A stretch of DNA of 34,123 nt from an uncultured Gemmatimonadaceae bacterium (lineage in GTDB: Bacteria > Gemmatimonadota > Gemmatimonadetes > Gemmatimonadales > Gemmatimonadaceae). A model generated the notes under the pieces. That model was given only the letters and a program-made list of their open reading frames with translations. It searched no databases and had not been told where the DNA came from. Location: assembly GCA_963822945.1 (NCBI GenBank), contig CAWGJO010000019.1, positions 1-34,123 of the forward strand. The letters run 5' to 3'. The translations under genes were made by a program, and so were the position numbers. Positions 19,253 to 29,127 of the stretch are shown piece after piece. Numbering within the stretch: position 1 is the stretch's first letter; each line of letters starts with the position of its first letter.

Positions 19253-20560
19253 CTACCGCCTCTTGCCGGCCGCCAATTTCTCCGCGACGGCAAGCGCATC
19301 GCTTGCCGGCACCCTCACGTCCGGAACGACACCCACCCCTTCCCAGTTCGTATGGGTGATCGGATTGATCGCGCGCGCACCCGGGACGCCGATGATGAAG
19401 TGATCGTCGATTCGGTGGCCGGACACGGGGTGGGCGCCGCCTCCGGTGGTCTCGCCGACGATCGTTGCTCGCTTCTGTGCCTGAAGATCGTACGAGAACT
19501 CCTCGGCGCCGGAGAACGTGTGCGACGACGTGAGGACATAGACGGGTTTGATCGAGCCGAAATGGCGGCCCGGCGCGTGCGGGTTGGTCCAGAATTGCGT
19601 GGTCTCGCCGGTCTTGCGGTCCCAGAGGTCGTTGAGATGCGTCGAGTCGGTGAAGAGGTAGGACGCGATGAAGGTGACCATCGCGGGGCTACCGCCGCCG
19701 TTGTCGCGCAGGTCGATGATCAGGGCGCGCGTCCCGGCAAGGGACGTCATGACCGCCGATGCGGCCTTACCGCAGAGGCCAGGCGCCATGAACGCATCGA
19801 ACTTGAGATAGCCGACGTTGTCCTCGACGGGTCCGGCCGAGACGAAGCCGCACTTCGTCGCATCCATTCGGCCCGGGCGAGCCGGCGACGGAGGCCGACG
19901 GCCTCCGGTCGGAGGTACGGGCAGCGCATCAAGGCTGTAGTCCATGCGCAGGTGCTTGTCATGTCCGAGGTCTCGCAGCTCCTTTCCCAACTCGTACGCG
20001 TAGCTGACGCCGTTGGTGTATGGGTCGTACTCCCCGCGGTCCAGGCGTGCGCGCAACGAGTCGTCGATGCGATGCGCCACATCGGGGAAGACGTAGAAGT
20101 CGTCGAGCTGTACGATGGCGCCAGCGACCACCCGGGCGCGTTCGGTGGCGTCGACCGTGATGCGATTAGCCGCGGCGAGCGGCCCGAGCGGCTGCATCGT
20201 AAGTCAGGCGATCCTCGGCGGATCTTGCGACGAAAGATCGAAGATTCCGTAGGCGACTTTCGCGCTGTTGCGCTCCTTCGCGAGGAACTCAACGCGGCGT
20301 GGTTCGCTTCGCTCGATGCTCACGAGTTCGAAGCCGCCCGTCCGTTGGCGAAGCTGCATCTGAGCGTCCGCGTTTGGCATGGAAGCGTACCGGGCTTCGA
20401 ACGCACCAATCTGGGCGCTATCGCCGGAGTTGAACGCCTCGAGCCAAGAGGCCAGCACTGGCCTGCCGGCGTGTTCGGCGGTGTATGCTGCTGTGCCCGG
20501 CAGGTGTGCGCATGCGAGCGTCATGAGCACCAGGACCGCAACTGCGGAGCGATGGAGCAT
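19253..20560 (-). CDS. S41-family peptidase, secreted, frameshift near 20200
   Basis: NVGYLKFDAF, ALIIDLRDNGGG, TFSGAEEFSYDLQ, IVGETTGGGAHP, WEGVGVVPD; signal peptide in ORF 20204..20560. Confidence 0.88.
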
Positions 20561-20907
20561 GGTTCCTCCCGGGTCGTCGCGTTCTACGGCAGGCTGGCAG
20601 TAGCGTCTGCGGCGATAAGGTACGCCACCGAGCCGCGGTAGCCATGACGGGCGCGTGAAGGTCCCGTGATCATATGATTAAGCGCCGTGGTGCGGCAATC
20701 GAACGGGATCCCGGAAAGGGTCCGGGCCCCGCCCTCCGAGAATGTGCGGCCGGCTGGACGGAGTGACGGGAAGCCCGGCGGCGGTACGTGCACGGCCCAT
20801 CCGGGCCGATGGGCATCGGTCACCGGCGGTCGTCGTCCATCAACTCTCTGATCGATGAGCTGATGGACCACGCCTACGACATCCTTGCGCCGCTCCTGAA
20901 TCCGCTT

Positions 20908-22956
20908 CTAGTGCGGGTGCTTCGGCATGCACGCATCGGCTGCATGCACCCAGTCACCCTCGTACGTGGCCGGCACCTTGAAGGCTGCCGGCTTGGCCGG
21001 CGCGTCTGCGCCGGGATCGTAGGATGGCACGGCCATCGAATTGTCGAACGCGCTCAGGCGCGCATTGTCCCGCGCCGCGTCGGCCGCACTGATCTCCGGC
21101 TGCTCGGTACGCTCGCCGCGGATCATACGGAGGCTGCCGTCGCGCAGGTCGAACACCCGATAGTAATGCGTTCCGTAGTACGTCGTATTGAACGTGGTAT
21201 TGTGGCTCCAGTTGCCCGGCTTGGTATCGGTCGGCAAGCGCACCGTGGTGACGTCGCAATTGAAGTCGGGCGCATGGTAGAACGGCGCTTTCTGATCCTG
21301 GTCGGCAGCCCGCTGCTGCCGGTCAGGCGGGTTGAAGCCGCCGCCGGGCAGGATCAGCGAGAGTCTGGGAGCGTCGCTCTTGTCCCAGTCGACGGGCCCC
21401 GTGCCCATTTCGAGCACACTCGCCCGTTCGCCCACGTCGAAGTGATAATGGACGGCATCGATCGAATTCCACGCGGTGCCGCCGGCCAGATTGTTGCGCA
21501 TGGCCTGGAGCAACTGGTCGCTGCTCAGCACGGAGGCCTGCGCGTATTCGGCCAGTGCCTTGGGACCACGCTCGATGCTGGTGACGACGATGCGCGCCGG
21601 CTTGTCGAGGCCCGCGCGGGCATCGATCTCGTGCGGTTGAGTTCGTCAGGCCTGCTCGCCGGAGACCATGGGACCGGCTCGAGATCGTGCCCGTCGGCGG
21701 TAAGCGGAAGCACCCGTGATACGGGAAGTCCGGTGCAGTGCTGGGAGGGGCGACCTCCGGAAGCGTGCCGTCGAGCCAATAGGTCTTGCCGTCGATCGTC
21801 GCCCGGGCAAGCACGTGATCGAACAACCCGGGGTCGGGGAGCCGGGTGCGAAGCCATCGTCCGACCCCTGATTGCGGACGAGAACGGCTTCGGCCGGCAC
21901 GCCGAGCGCTTTCAGCGGGCCAACAACAACACCGCTTGGCTTTGCAGGTCGCCATAGCGCCACTGCCCAGGTCTGATCGGCCGTCGCGGGCAGGTAATTG
22001 CCGCCGTCGAGCCCGACGTAGACATAGCGCACCTGTTGCTGGACGAGCTTGAGGGCTTCCTGCGCGCGCCCGAGCTGATCGGGCTTGTCGGCGGCGATGC
22101 GCCCAGCTGCCTGCCTGAGGGGCGAATCGGCCGGCGGCCTGCCGCCGCCGCCGCAAACAGGCCCGTTGAAACGTCGGGACAACGCGGGCCAGCCAGCAAA
22201 GCGAGTGTATTCAATCGCGCGCTGCCAGGCATACCGCGGCGGCGCATCCTTGGGCGGCGTGATCGCCGGCGGATTGTCGATGCGAACGTCGACTGCTGCT
22301 TCGGTACGCACCAGCTTGCCGGCAAAGTCGTCAGTCGCCTGCACCCGCGGCTGGTCGCCGGGCTCCCAACTCAGGCCAACGTGGTACCGGCCTTGCAGTG
22401 GAGAGGAGAGCAACGCGAGCACGCCTGCGTTCTCGCCTTTCAGCGTTGGATCACCCGACGGCACGGTGTAGGCGACCTCGAGTTCATCGCCCACGCGCAG
22501 ATCCGGCACCTTGAGGACTGCCGTCAGCACGCCGGTGATCACCGACGTCTCGAGTTGGTCCTCACGCCGCAGGATCTCGAACTTCGCCGTCTTCAGCACG
22601 TCGATCGTCTCTGACCCGCGATGAATCTTGATGGCGTGCACCATGGGCGTTCCGGCCGCGGGGTTCCAGGACAGGGTGACGTTCCCCAACTGGAGCGCCT
22701 GCGGCTGGAGCAACACGATTCGCTCGCCGACATAGCTCGACTGTCCCTGCGCGTCGAGGTGGACGATGAGATCCTGCGCCCGGACGAATGCCAGCCCACT
22801 GGCATCCGCCGGAAGAGGGAGCGGTTGAGACGGTTTGGCCCACGCCGGAGCCGGTCCCTGATCCACCTGCTGCGCGGTCGAATAATCCTGTGCGGCCATT
22901 GGCCGGGCCGCCAGAACGGCCAGAGATGCCAGTATCCCGATGGTACTCCGATTCAT
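20908..22956 (-). pseudogene. DUF3857 / transglutaminase-like domain protein, several frameshifts
   Basis: Signal peptide; DLRVGDELEVAY, VQQQVRYV, frameshifted YGD-CKAK, FDHVLARATIDGKTYWLDGT. Confidence 0.78.
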
Positions 22957-23034
22957 TCCGCCCTCCGAATTCCGTGCATGATGGCTGGAAACGGCGCAAA
23001 TGCAAGAGGGAGAGGAACGCCCCCTTCCTTGTAT

Positions 23035-23256
23035 TCAGAAGTTCCCAGCCGCCACTTCCACGCTCGGCCTCAGCCCTCCCGGCTTCGCACGGTTCATCAC
23101 CGAGGCCATGAAAGCGGTGCAGGACTCCACGTCGCCGTTCCGGAGGCTCCCTACCGCGAGCGCCCTCGCAGTCGTTTCCACGATCGCCGCCCGCGGCTCG
23201 GAGATCAGGCTGTCCCACCTCCCGCGCGAGTCGAGATTCCGCCGATACACGTCCTG
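23035..23256 (-). pseudogene. queG: queG 3' fragment, copy C (decayed but in frame)
   Basis: AQDVYRRN...EPRAAIVETTARALA...TAFMASVMNRAKPGGLRPSVEVAAGNF* corresponds to QueG CQDVCPWN...AF.GSPMKRAKLRGLKRNAAVVLGN. Confidence 0.75.
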
Positions 23257-23312
23257 AGCAATGTGCCGACATAGCAGGATCGAGATTCCGTTAGAGTCCG
23301 GCGGGCGAATCC
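23242..23312. repeat. att-like site copy 4 (diverged)
   Basis: CGATAC-N14-GTGCCG (23243-23268) then ACATAGCAGGATCGAGATTCCGTTAG...GGCGAA. Confidence 0.75.
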
Positions 23313-23354
23313 TCACCGATGGAACGAGACGGGCGCTTGCGAATTCCCCTTGCA

Positions 23355-23400
23355 CTTCTACAATAACGACGTAGCTTCTCCTGTAGAAGCCACAGGGGAA
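23355..23400 (+). promoter_or_regulatory. Inverted repeats upstream of padR (likely autoregulatory operator and promoter)
   Basis: CTTCTACA...TGTAGAAG and overlapping TTCTCCTGT-N7-ACAGGGGAA, immediately before the ATG at 23404. Confidence 0.55.
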
Positions 23401-23403
23401 CTC

Positions 23404-23736
23404 ATGCCGCCGGACCGTCTCGATCTCCCGCAGGGCACGCTCGACCTGCTCATCCTCAAAGCGCTCTCGCTCGCCCCCCAGCACGGGTGGGGAATCTCGG
23501 AGCGCATTCGCCAGATCTCGCGCGAGGTGCTCGACGTACCGCAGGGGTCGCTCTATCCCGCCTTGCACCGGCTGGAGCGGCGCGGATGGGTCAAGGCGCG
23601 CTGGGGGACCTCGGACAACAATCGCCGGGCGAAGTTCTATGAGTTGACGCGACGAGGGCGCGCGCAGCTGGCGGTCGAAACCGGCGACTGGGAGCGGTTG
23701 GCCGCGGCGGTAGCCCTCGTTCTGCGGACCACCTGA
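23404..23736 (+). CDS. PadR-family transcriptional regulator (Acidobacterial type)
   Basis: DLPQGTLDLLILKALS...HGWGISERI...QGSLYPALHRLE...WGTSDNNRRAKFYELT. Confidence 0.95.
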   Translation: MPPDRLDLPQGTLDLLILKALSLAPQHGWGISERIRQISREVLDVPQGSLYPALHRLERRGWVKARWGTSDNNRRAKFYELTRRGRAQLAVETGDWERLAAAVALVLRTT

Positions 23737-23749
23737 CGCCGGCCGATCC

Positions 23750-26368
23750 ATGCTACGTGATCTGCTGAGTGATCTTCGCTACCGCCTCCGCGCGTTGTTC
23801 CGGCGAGAGCAGACCGGCCGCGACTTGAATGACGAACTCCGCTTCCACCTGGAACGCGAGGCGGAGAAGTACGTCGCCCAGGGGGTCGCACCGGCCGAGG
23901 CCAGGCGTCGCGCACGCCTCGCGTTCGGCGGCGTGCAACGCTTCACGGAAGAGACGCGCGACGTCGGCCGAATGCAGTGGATCGAGGCGGCAGCCTCGGA
24001 CATCCGCGACGCATTCCGTTCCCTCCGCCGCTCGCCGGGGTTCGTGGCGGTGGCGGTGCTGTCGCTCGGCGTCGCGATCGGCGTCACCGGCACCACGTTC
24101 GCGATGCTGGACGCGGTGCTGGATCCATACGTGCCGTACGCGAAGCCGGATCAGTTGCTCACGTTGCGAACGTATGGCTGGGCCACCGGCCACGTGGACC
24201 TCAGCCCCGAGATGCTGGGCACGATCGTCACGCGGCACGATCTCTTTGCCGACGCGATCCCGTGGGCGGTCAACGGACACAACCAGGTGTATGCGTCGAA
24301 CGGGCAAGGGATGCCGGGACACATCGTGCTCGTCGGGCCGGGGTTCGTCCATACGCTCGGCATCAGGCTTTCGCGCGGCCACGGCTTCGCCCCGTACGCG
24401 GCCGGCGAGCCACTGGCGAGCCCGGCCATCATCAGCTACCCAGTGTGGCGGCAGGAGTTCGGGTCCGGTCGGGATCTTGATCGATTGGTGATCACGGTGG
24501 CCGGCGAGCAGCACCCGGTGGTGGGCGTCATGCCGCCGGGCGCCGACTATCCCGACGGCACCGACGTGTGGCTGCGCATGCCGCAGACTATGGCTGCGGG
24601 GCTCGTAGGCCCGGCGCAGATGCAGGCGCTCGTTCGGCTGCGCCCGAACGTGACGCCACGACGACTGCAACAGCTGCTCGGAGCGTATGCGGCACGCGAG
24701 GCCCACGATCATGGACTGCCATCCGGCATGACGGCGGTCATGCTGAACGACGTGACGCCCCGGACCAATGGCTTCTTCGGCTTCAACGCCGGCATCGCGA
24801 TCGCGTCGCTCCTCGCGCTCATCGTGGCGTGCCTCAACATCGCGAACGTAATGTTGGCGCGAGGACTCGCTCGCCGACGAGAAATTGCGGTACGGAAGGC
24901 GATGGGCGCCACCGGCGCCGCGATCGTGAGGTACGTGATGGCCGAGGCGGTGCTGCTGGCGCTGGGCGGCGGCATCGTCGGTGGCACGCTCGCCGTCTGG
25001 GGCATCGACGTCGTGCAGGCGTACATGCCTCTGGCCATGCTCGAGTACTCGTTTCGCGTACCGGTGTTCAACTGGCACGTTCTGGTGTTCTTCGTCGCGG
25101 CCACGGGCGTGACCGCGCTGCTGTCGGGCCTCGCGCCCGCCCTCGCTGCGCGTCGCGCTGACATCGGCGAGGCCATGAAGGACGGCGGCAACGCCGTGGC
25201 CGGTCGCAGCAACGGCGGCTACCGCGTGGTCGTGAGCGCGCAGCTCGTCCTCTCATTGATGATGGCGATGGCCGCGGCAACGCTCCTCGCGGGCCTTCAC
25301 CCCCCGCCACCGCAAGTCTCGCCGATCAATGAGCACAATCTGTACTCCGGAACGGTCGTGCCCACGCACGCGGTGTGCCGGGCGATGTCGCACCCCGATC
25401 AGTTCATGCCCGACCTGCTGACGACCATTCGAAGCGTGTCCGGCGTGCGGCAAGGAGCCGCGGCCGTGTGGGCTCGGCCCGAGCGGGGCACGGTCACGTC
25501 CGACCAGCCGAGCGGTCCAGTCCAGGTTCCGCTGACGCAATATGCGCTGGCGACCCCAGCGTATTTTCGTGCCCGAGGGGTGCCGCTCATCGCCGGCCGC
25601 GACTTCGAAGCAGGAGACGTCGCCAGCGGCGCGGCGATCGTGAACCTGGTGCTCGCCAAGCGGCTCTGGCCGCTCATGTCTCCCGTTGGGCGGGCCCTCA
25701 AGCTGGGACCGACGGCGTCCGATGCACCGTGGGTGCGGGTGGTCGGCGTGGCGAGCGCTCCTATCGAGCTACCGGACGGTGAGCGCTTCGACCTTGCTCC
25801 GCGGGTGACGGTGGTGGGTCACTCGACCTGCGCCGCAGCCAATTTCTGGGCGCGCGTGGACCACGACGACGCGCAGACGCTGAGTGCGCTGTACCACGGA
25901 TTGCGTGCCGCCTTTCCGGGCGCGGTGATCAGCGACATCTACGGGTCCGCCGCGCAGACGACGAAGTGGAACTATTCGGCAGCGGTCACGGCGTACACGT
26001 ACACCGGGGTCGCGCTGTTCATGCTGCTCCTGTCGGCGGCTGGCGTGTTCGGCGTGATGAGTCTGGTGGTTGGAGGCCGCACGCGGGAGTTCGCCGTTCG
26101 GGTGGCCCTCGGGGCGCAGGGCCGCGACCTCTGGCGGCTCGTGATGCACGATGCGCTGCTGATGGGGCTCGCCGGCATCGCGATCGGCGCGTTCGCGGCC
26201 ATGCACTTCGGCCCTTACGGTGGCCTCAGCGTTCAGTGGATGGACACCGATCCCGTCTCGCTCGTGATCGCCGAAGCGGCGGTCGTGACGGCGACGTTGC
26301 TGGCGTGCGTCGTGCCGGCCCACCGCGCCTCGCACGCCGATCCCGTCGAAGTGCTGAGGGCGACCTGA
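23750..26368 (+). CDS. ADOP-type duplicated ABC permease (intact, 872 aa)
   Basis: DLNDELRFHLE, ARRRARLAFGG, LIVACLNIANVMLARG, RRREIAVRKAMGA, RTREFAVRVALGA, DPVEVLRAT. Confidence 0.92.
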   Translation: MLRDLLSDLRYRLRALFRREQTGRDLNDELRFHLEREAEKYVAQGVAPAEARRRARLAFGGVQRFTEETRDVGRMQWIEAAASDIRDAFRSLRRSPGFVAVAVLSLGVAIGVTGTTFAMLDAVLDPYVPYAKPDQLLTLRTYGWATGHVDLSPEMLGTIVTRHDLFADAIPWAVNGHNQVYASNGQGMPGHIVLVGPGFVHTLGIRLSRGHGFAPYAAGEPLASPAIISYPVWRQEFGSGRDLDRLVITVAGEQHPVVGVMPPGADYPDGTDVWLRMPQTMAAGLVGPAQMQALVRLRPNVTPRRLQQLLGAYAAREAHDHGLPSGMTAVMLNDVTPRTNGFFGFNAGIAIASLLALIVACLNIANVMLARGLARRREIAVRKAMGATGAAIVRYVMAEAVLLALGGGIVGGTLAVWGIDVVQAYMPLAMLEYSFRVPVFNWHVLVFFVAATGVTALLSGLAPALAARRADIGEAMKDGGNAVAGRSNGGYRVVVSAQLVLSLMMAMAAATLLAGLHPPPPQVSPINEHNLYSGTVVPTHAVCRAMSHPDQFMPDLLTTIRSVSGVRQGAAAVWARPERGTVTSDQPSGPVQVPLTQYALATPAYFRARGVPLIAGRDFEAGDVASGAAIVNLVLAKRLWPLMSPVGRALKLGPTASDAPWVRVVGVASAPIELPDGERFDLAPRVTVVGHSTCAAANFWARVDHDDAQTLSALYHGLRAAFPGAVISDIYGSAAQTTKWNYSAAVTAYTYTGVALFMLLLSAAGVFGVMSLVVGGRTREFAVRVALGAQGRDLWRLVMHDALLMGLAGIAIGAFAAMHFGPYGGLSVQWMDTDPVSLVIAEAAVVTATLLACVVPAHRASHADPVEVLRAT

Positions 26369-26518
26369 GTCGCATTCGCCCGAGCCGCCTTCCGCGTCGT
26401 CTGCGAGGGGGCCTGGGTCCGTGAAGAGTGGTCCGGCTTCCCAAACGCCTGCACTGGAGGCGCTCCCCTGCCTGACCGGACGGCCGCGAGCGGCTGCCCG
26501 CCTATCGACCGAGGCGGG

Positions 26519-27022
26519 TCATCCGCACTTCTCGTGGTAGATCATCATCTGGATCTTCCCGTCACCGGCCGCGTCCGGAGTGAATACGTACACGTAGTCG
26601 GCGTCCAGGTGGTCGTTGGTGCGCTCTCCCGCGGCGTCGAACACATCGCTTCTCGTCGTGCCGATGGACCACGCGATCTGGTCGGACGCGAACGAATGGG
26701 TCTCGGTGTTCATCGAGTTCCTGAACACCTTGGGGTTCGATGTCAGTACCGTTTTCGCCATGGCGTCCCGGCCGTAGCGGAGCTGGAACGGCGATCGGAA
26801 AAACGCGTTGGAGTGGATCTGCGCCAGCATGCCGGGCAGGTCATCGGCGTTCCAGGCCTGCTGGAACGCGTGCATCAAGGAGTCGGTGAGGGAACCGGAA
26901 GTCGCGCTGGAGACGGGAGCGACCGCGGCCGTCGGCGCGGGGACCTGGGTGCGGTGGCCGTGGAGAAAGCCCAGGGAGTAGGTGGCCAGGAGGACGAGGA
27001 CGTGGGGAAGGGACTTCCTCAT
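26519..27022 (-). CDS. NTF2-like / SnoaL / DUF4440 domain exported protein
   Basis: N-terminal signal or TM segment; FQQAWNADDLPGML...YGRDA...IAWSIG...YVYVF pattern. Confidence 0.7.
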   Translation of the reverse strand: MRKSLPHVLVLLATYSLGFLHGHRTQVPAPTAAVAPVSSATSGSLTDSLMHAFQQAWNADDLPGMLAQIHSNAFFRSPFQLRYGRDAMAKTVLTSNPKVFRNSMNTETHSFASDQIAWSIGTTRSDVFDAAGERTNDHLDADYVYVFTPDAAGDGKIQMMIYHEKCG

Positions 27023-27043
27023 GGGTTCGACTCCGGTAAGGAA

Positions 27044-27064
27044 GGGATGGGAAATTCAATGGGG
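27044..27064 (-). mobile_element. Orphan IS91/ISCR oriIS-like end
   Basis: Minus strand CCCCATTGAATTTCCCATCCC; the 17-nt core matches 2278-2294 at 15 positions. Confidence 0.45.
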
Positions 27065-27161
27065 GTCGGTCGAGTATATGGCGTGGTCCCCCGCAGTGGG
27101 AGGACCGACGACGCGTGCGCCACCATCAATCAACGCCTCTCGGCCCCTGGAATTCCGGCCA

Positions 27162-28580
27162 TCAGGCCGAGACGGATTTACCGCTGTAGGCCACGCCAAG
27201 CCTGAACACGGCCCACAGCACTCCGGTCACTGGGATTGCGATCAACGTCAAACCAAGATCGGGCTGGAACAGGTTGAGGGTGCCGAACGATGCGCCGAGC
27301 ATGCTCGGCATGAGGCTGAAAATGACCCAGGCCGAGCCCAGCGTGGTGAGCAACGGGAACCACAAACTGAACAGGCCGAACGGGCCCGACTTGGCGCGTA
27401 GTTCGCGGCGGTGACGCCATGCCCAGATCATGCTGAGCAGGAACATGACCGGCGTGAGCACCAAAGAGATGAACAATGCTTTCAGGGACCAGCGGGATCC
27501 CTCGCCATCGTAATCGAGACCGAGCGCCCGGGCCGCGATGCCGTTGCGGAGCTGCAGCCGTTTCCCCAAAGCCGATGCCGCTGCCGGCGTTGACCAGCAC
27601 GACCACCCCCTTCTTTTCTGCCGGGACCATCGTCGCGAGCGATTCGTAGCCGAGGCTATTCCCCGTGTGGCAGACGGTTCCTTTCCCTGGATCCACAAAC
27701 CACCCGAAGCCGTAGAAGGGAGAGGCTTCGCTTGCCGGGCGCATCATGGCGGCTTTGCCCTTGGCGCTGAGGACATCGTCTTTGCCATTCATCATCATCA
27801 CCATGTAGCGCGCCAGATCGCTGGCGCTGGCGATGATCCCGCCTTGGGGAGCCGTGCCCAGATCGGTATGGTTTACGGCCAGCGGGCGCTTGGAGCCAAA
27901 CCATGGTCTGTGCCCTGGTCGCCATGGCGTCATGGATCTCTCCATCAGCGACAAAGCTGTGCGTCATGCCAACCGGCTCCATGATGTTGGTTTCAATGTA
28001 GGTCTGGTATGTCTGCCCGCTGACGACTTCGATCAGGCGACCAAGAATCTGGTAATTCAGGTTCGAATACTCCCACTTGTCGCCAGGTTTGTAGGCGGGA
28101 GTCACCCCTGCCATCTGGTCAACCCGGCGCGCCAGTGCATCCTTGTGCTGGGTGTCGTCCTTGTGTGAGACGGTTCCCTTGAAAGGTGGACAACCCGCTC
28201 GTGTGGCTGAGCAACTGGCGGATCGTGATCGCCCCGGCGGGCCGGCCGGAGAAAACGGCGAGATAGTGCGAAACTTCGGTATCCAGGCCGACCTTGCCCG
28301 CCTCGACCAGTTGCATCACGGCCAGCGCCGTAAAGCTCTTGGAGATCGAGCCGGTATTAAAGGGTGTGTCCGGCGTGACGGCCTTGTCGCCTCCCATCCT
28401 GACGACACCTCGCGCGCCAACCGTCTTGATTTCGCCATCAGCCACGACGGCATAGGCCAGACCGGGAACGCCGGAGACCGGCATCTCGCTGGCGATGAAG
28501 TCGTCGATGGATCCTGTAGGTATGCCGGCTTGCAACGCAGCGGTGAACCCAAATGCCAGGAGAGCCAGCATTCGCCGCAC
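27162..28580 (-). pseudogene. Serine hydrolase (beta-lactamase/PBP-related family) with C-terminal TM helices, several frameshifts
   Basis: SISK (SxxK), LLSHTSG, YSN and HTG motifs across ORFs 28119..29138, 27656..28114, 27178..27954 and 27162..27698. Confidence 0.82.
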
Positions 28581-28845
28581 GACATCCTTCCTGTGATCCC
28601 GTGCCCGCAAACCCGGCACGGACCTGTTCATTGCCAAACGAATGGTCACTACTGAGAGGAAATTCCTTTGGGGCGGCGCATCAGGGGAGGCCGGAATGAC
28701 ACCGAATCGTGCGTTCGTTCGACGGTGCTTCGAGGGGCTGGTAGCAACGGGGCGCACGCCGGGAGGCCAGCCGCTATGGAGATCATAGGCTTTCATCCGC
28801 GCAAGCGCGAGCGTCGACTGGCGATCGAAGCCGAGGACGGCACGA

Positions 28846-28912
28846 ATGCTGGCCCGTTCAGGTCGTGCGCGAAATTGCGGTTGAATGGGCACCCCTCCTG
28901 GGAGAAGGGCCG
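28846..28912 (-). pseudogene. queG: queG 3' fragment copy D with att-like core copy 5
   Basis: Minus strand SQEGCPFNRNFAHDLNGPAFVP; plus strand GGGCAC-CCCTCCTGGGAGAA-GGGCCG (28887-28912). The arm is not recognisable. Confidence 0.7.
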
Positions 28913-29127
28913 GTCGGCGCTGCCATCCGCAGCCGTCATTCCGGTGTGACACGGCGGACCCTATATTGGCGCACCCCCCACTCGCCCGCTTCGTCCCATT
29001 TGAGGGTCTATGTCCGACGCCGGACTGCGTGAGCAGGTTCAGAGCACCGTGAGGGCGTCGCATCCCCTCGAGCGTGAACGCGCGGGCGGGATGCCACGGG
29101 TCACCCTTCCTCAAGCGGCGGCCTGAC

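Noticed and set aside
23035..23751. 238-aa minus-strand ORF as a real gene
   Set aside because: Its first half is antisense to padR, and its tail is the queG remnant read through the att site.
27162..28580. Antibiotic-resistance beta-lactamase call
   Set aside because: The motifs support only the broad serine hydrolase/PBP-related family; resistance cannot be inferred.
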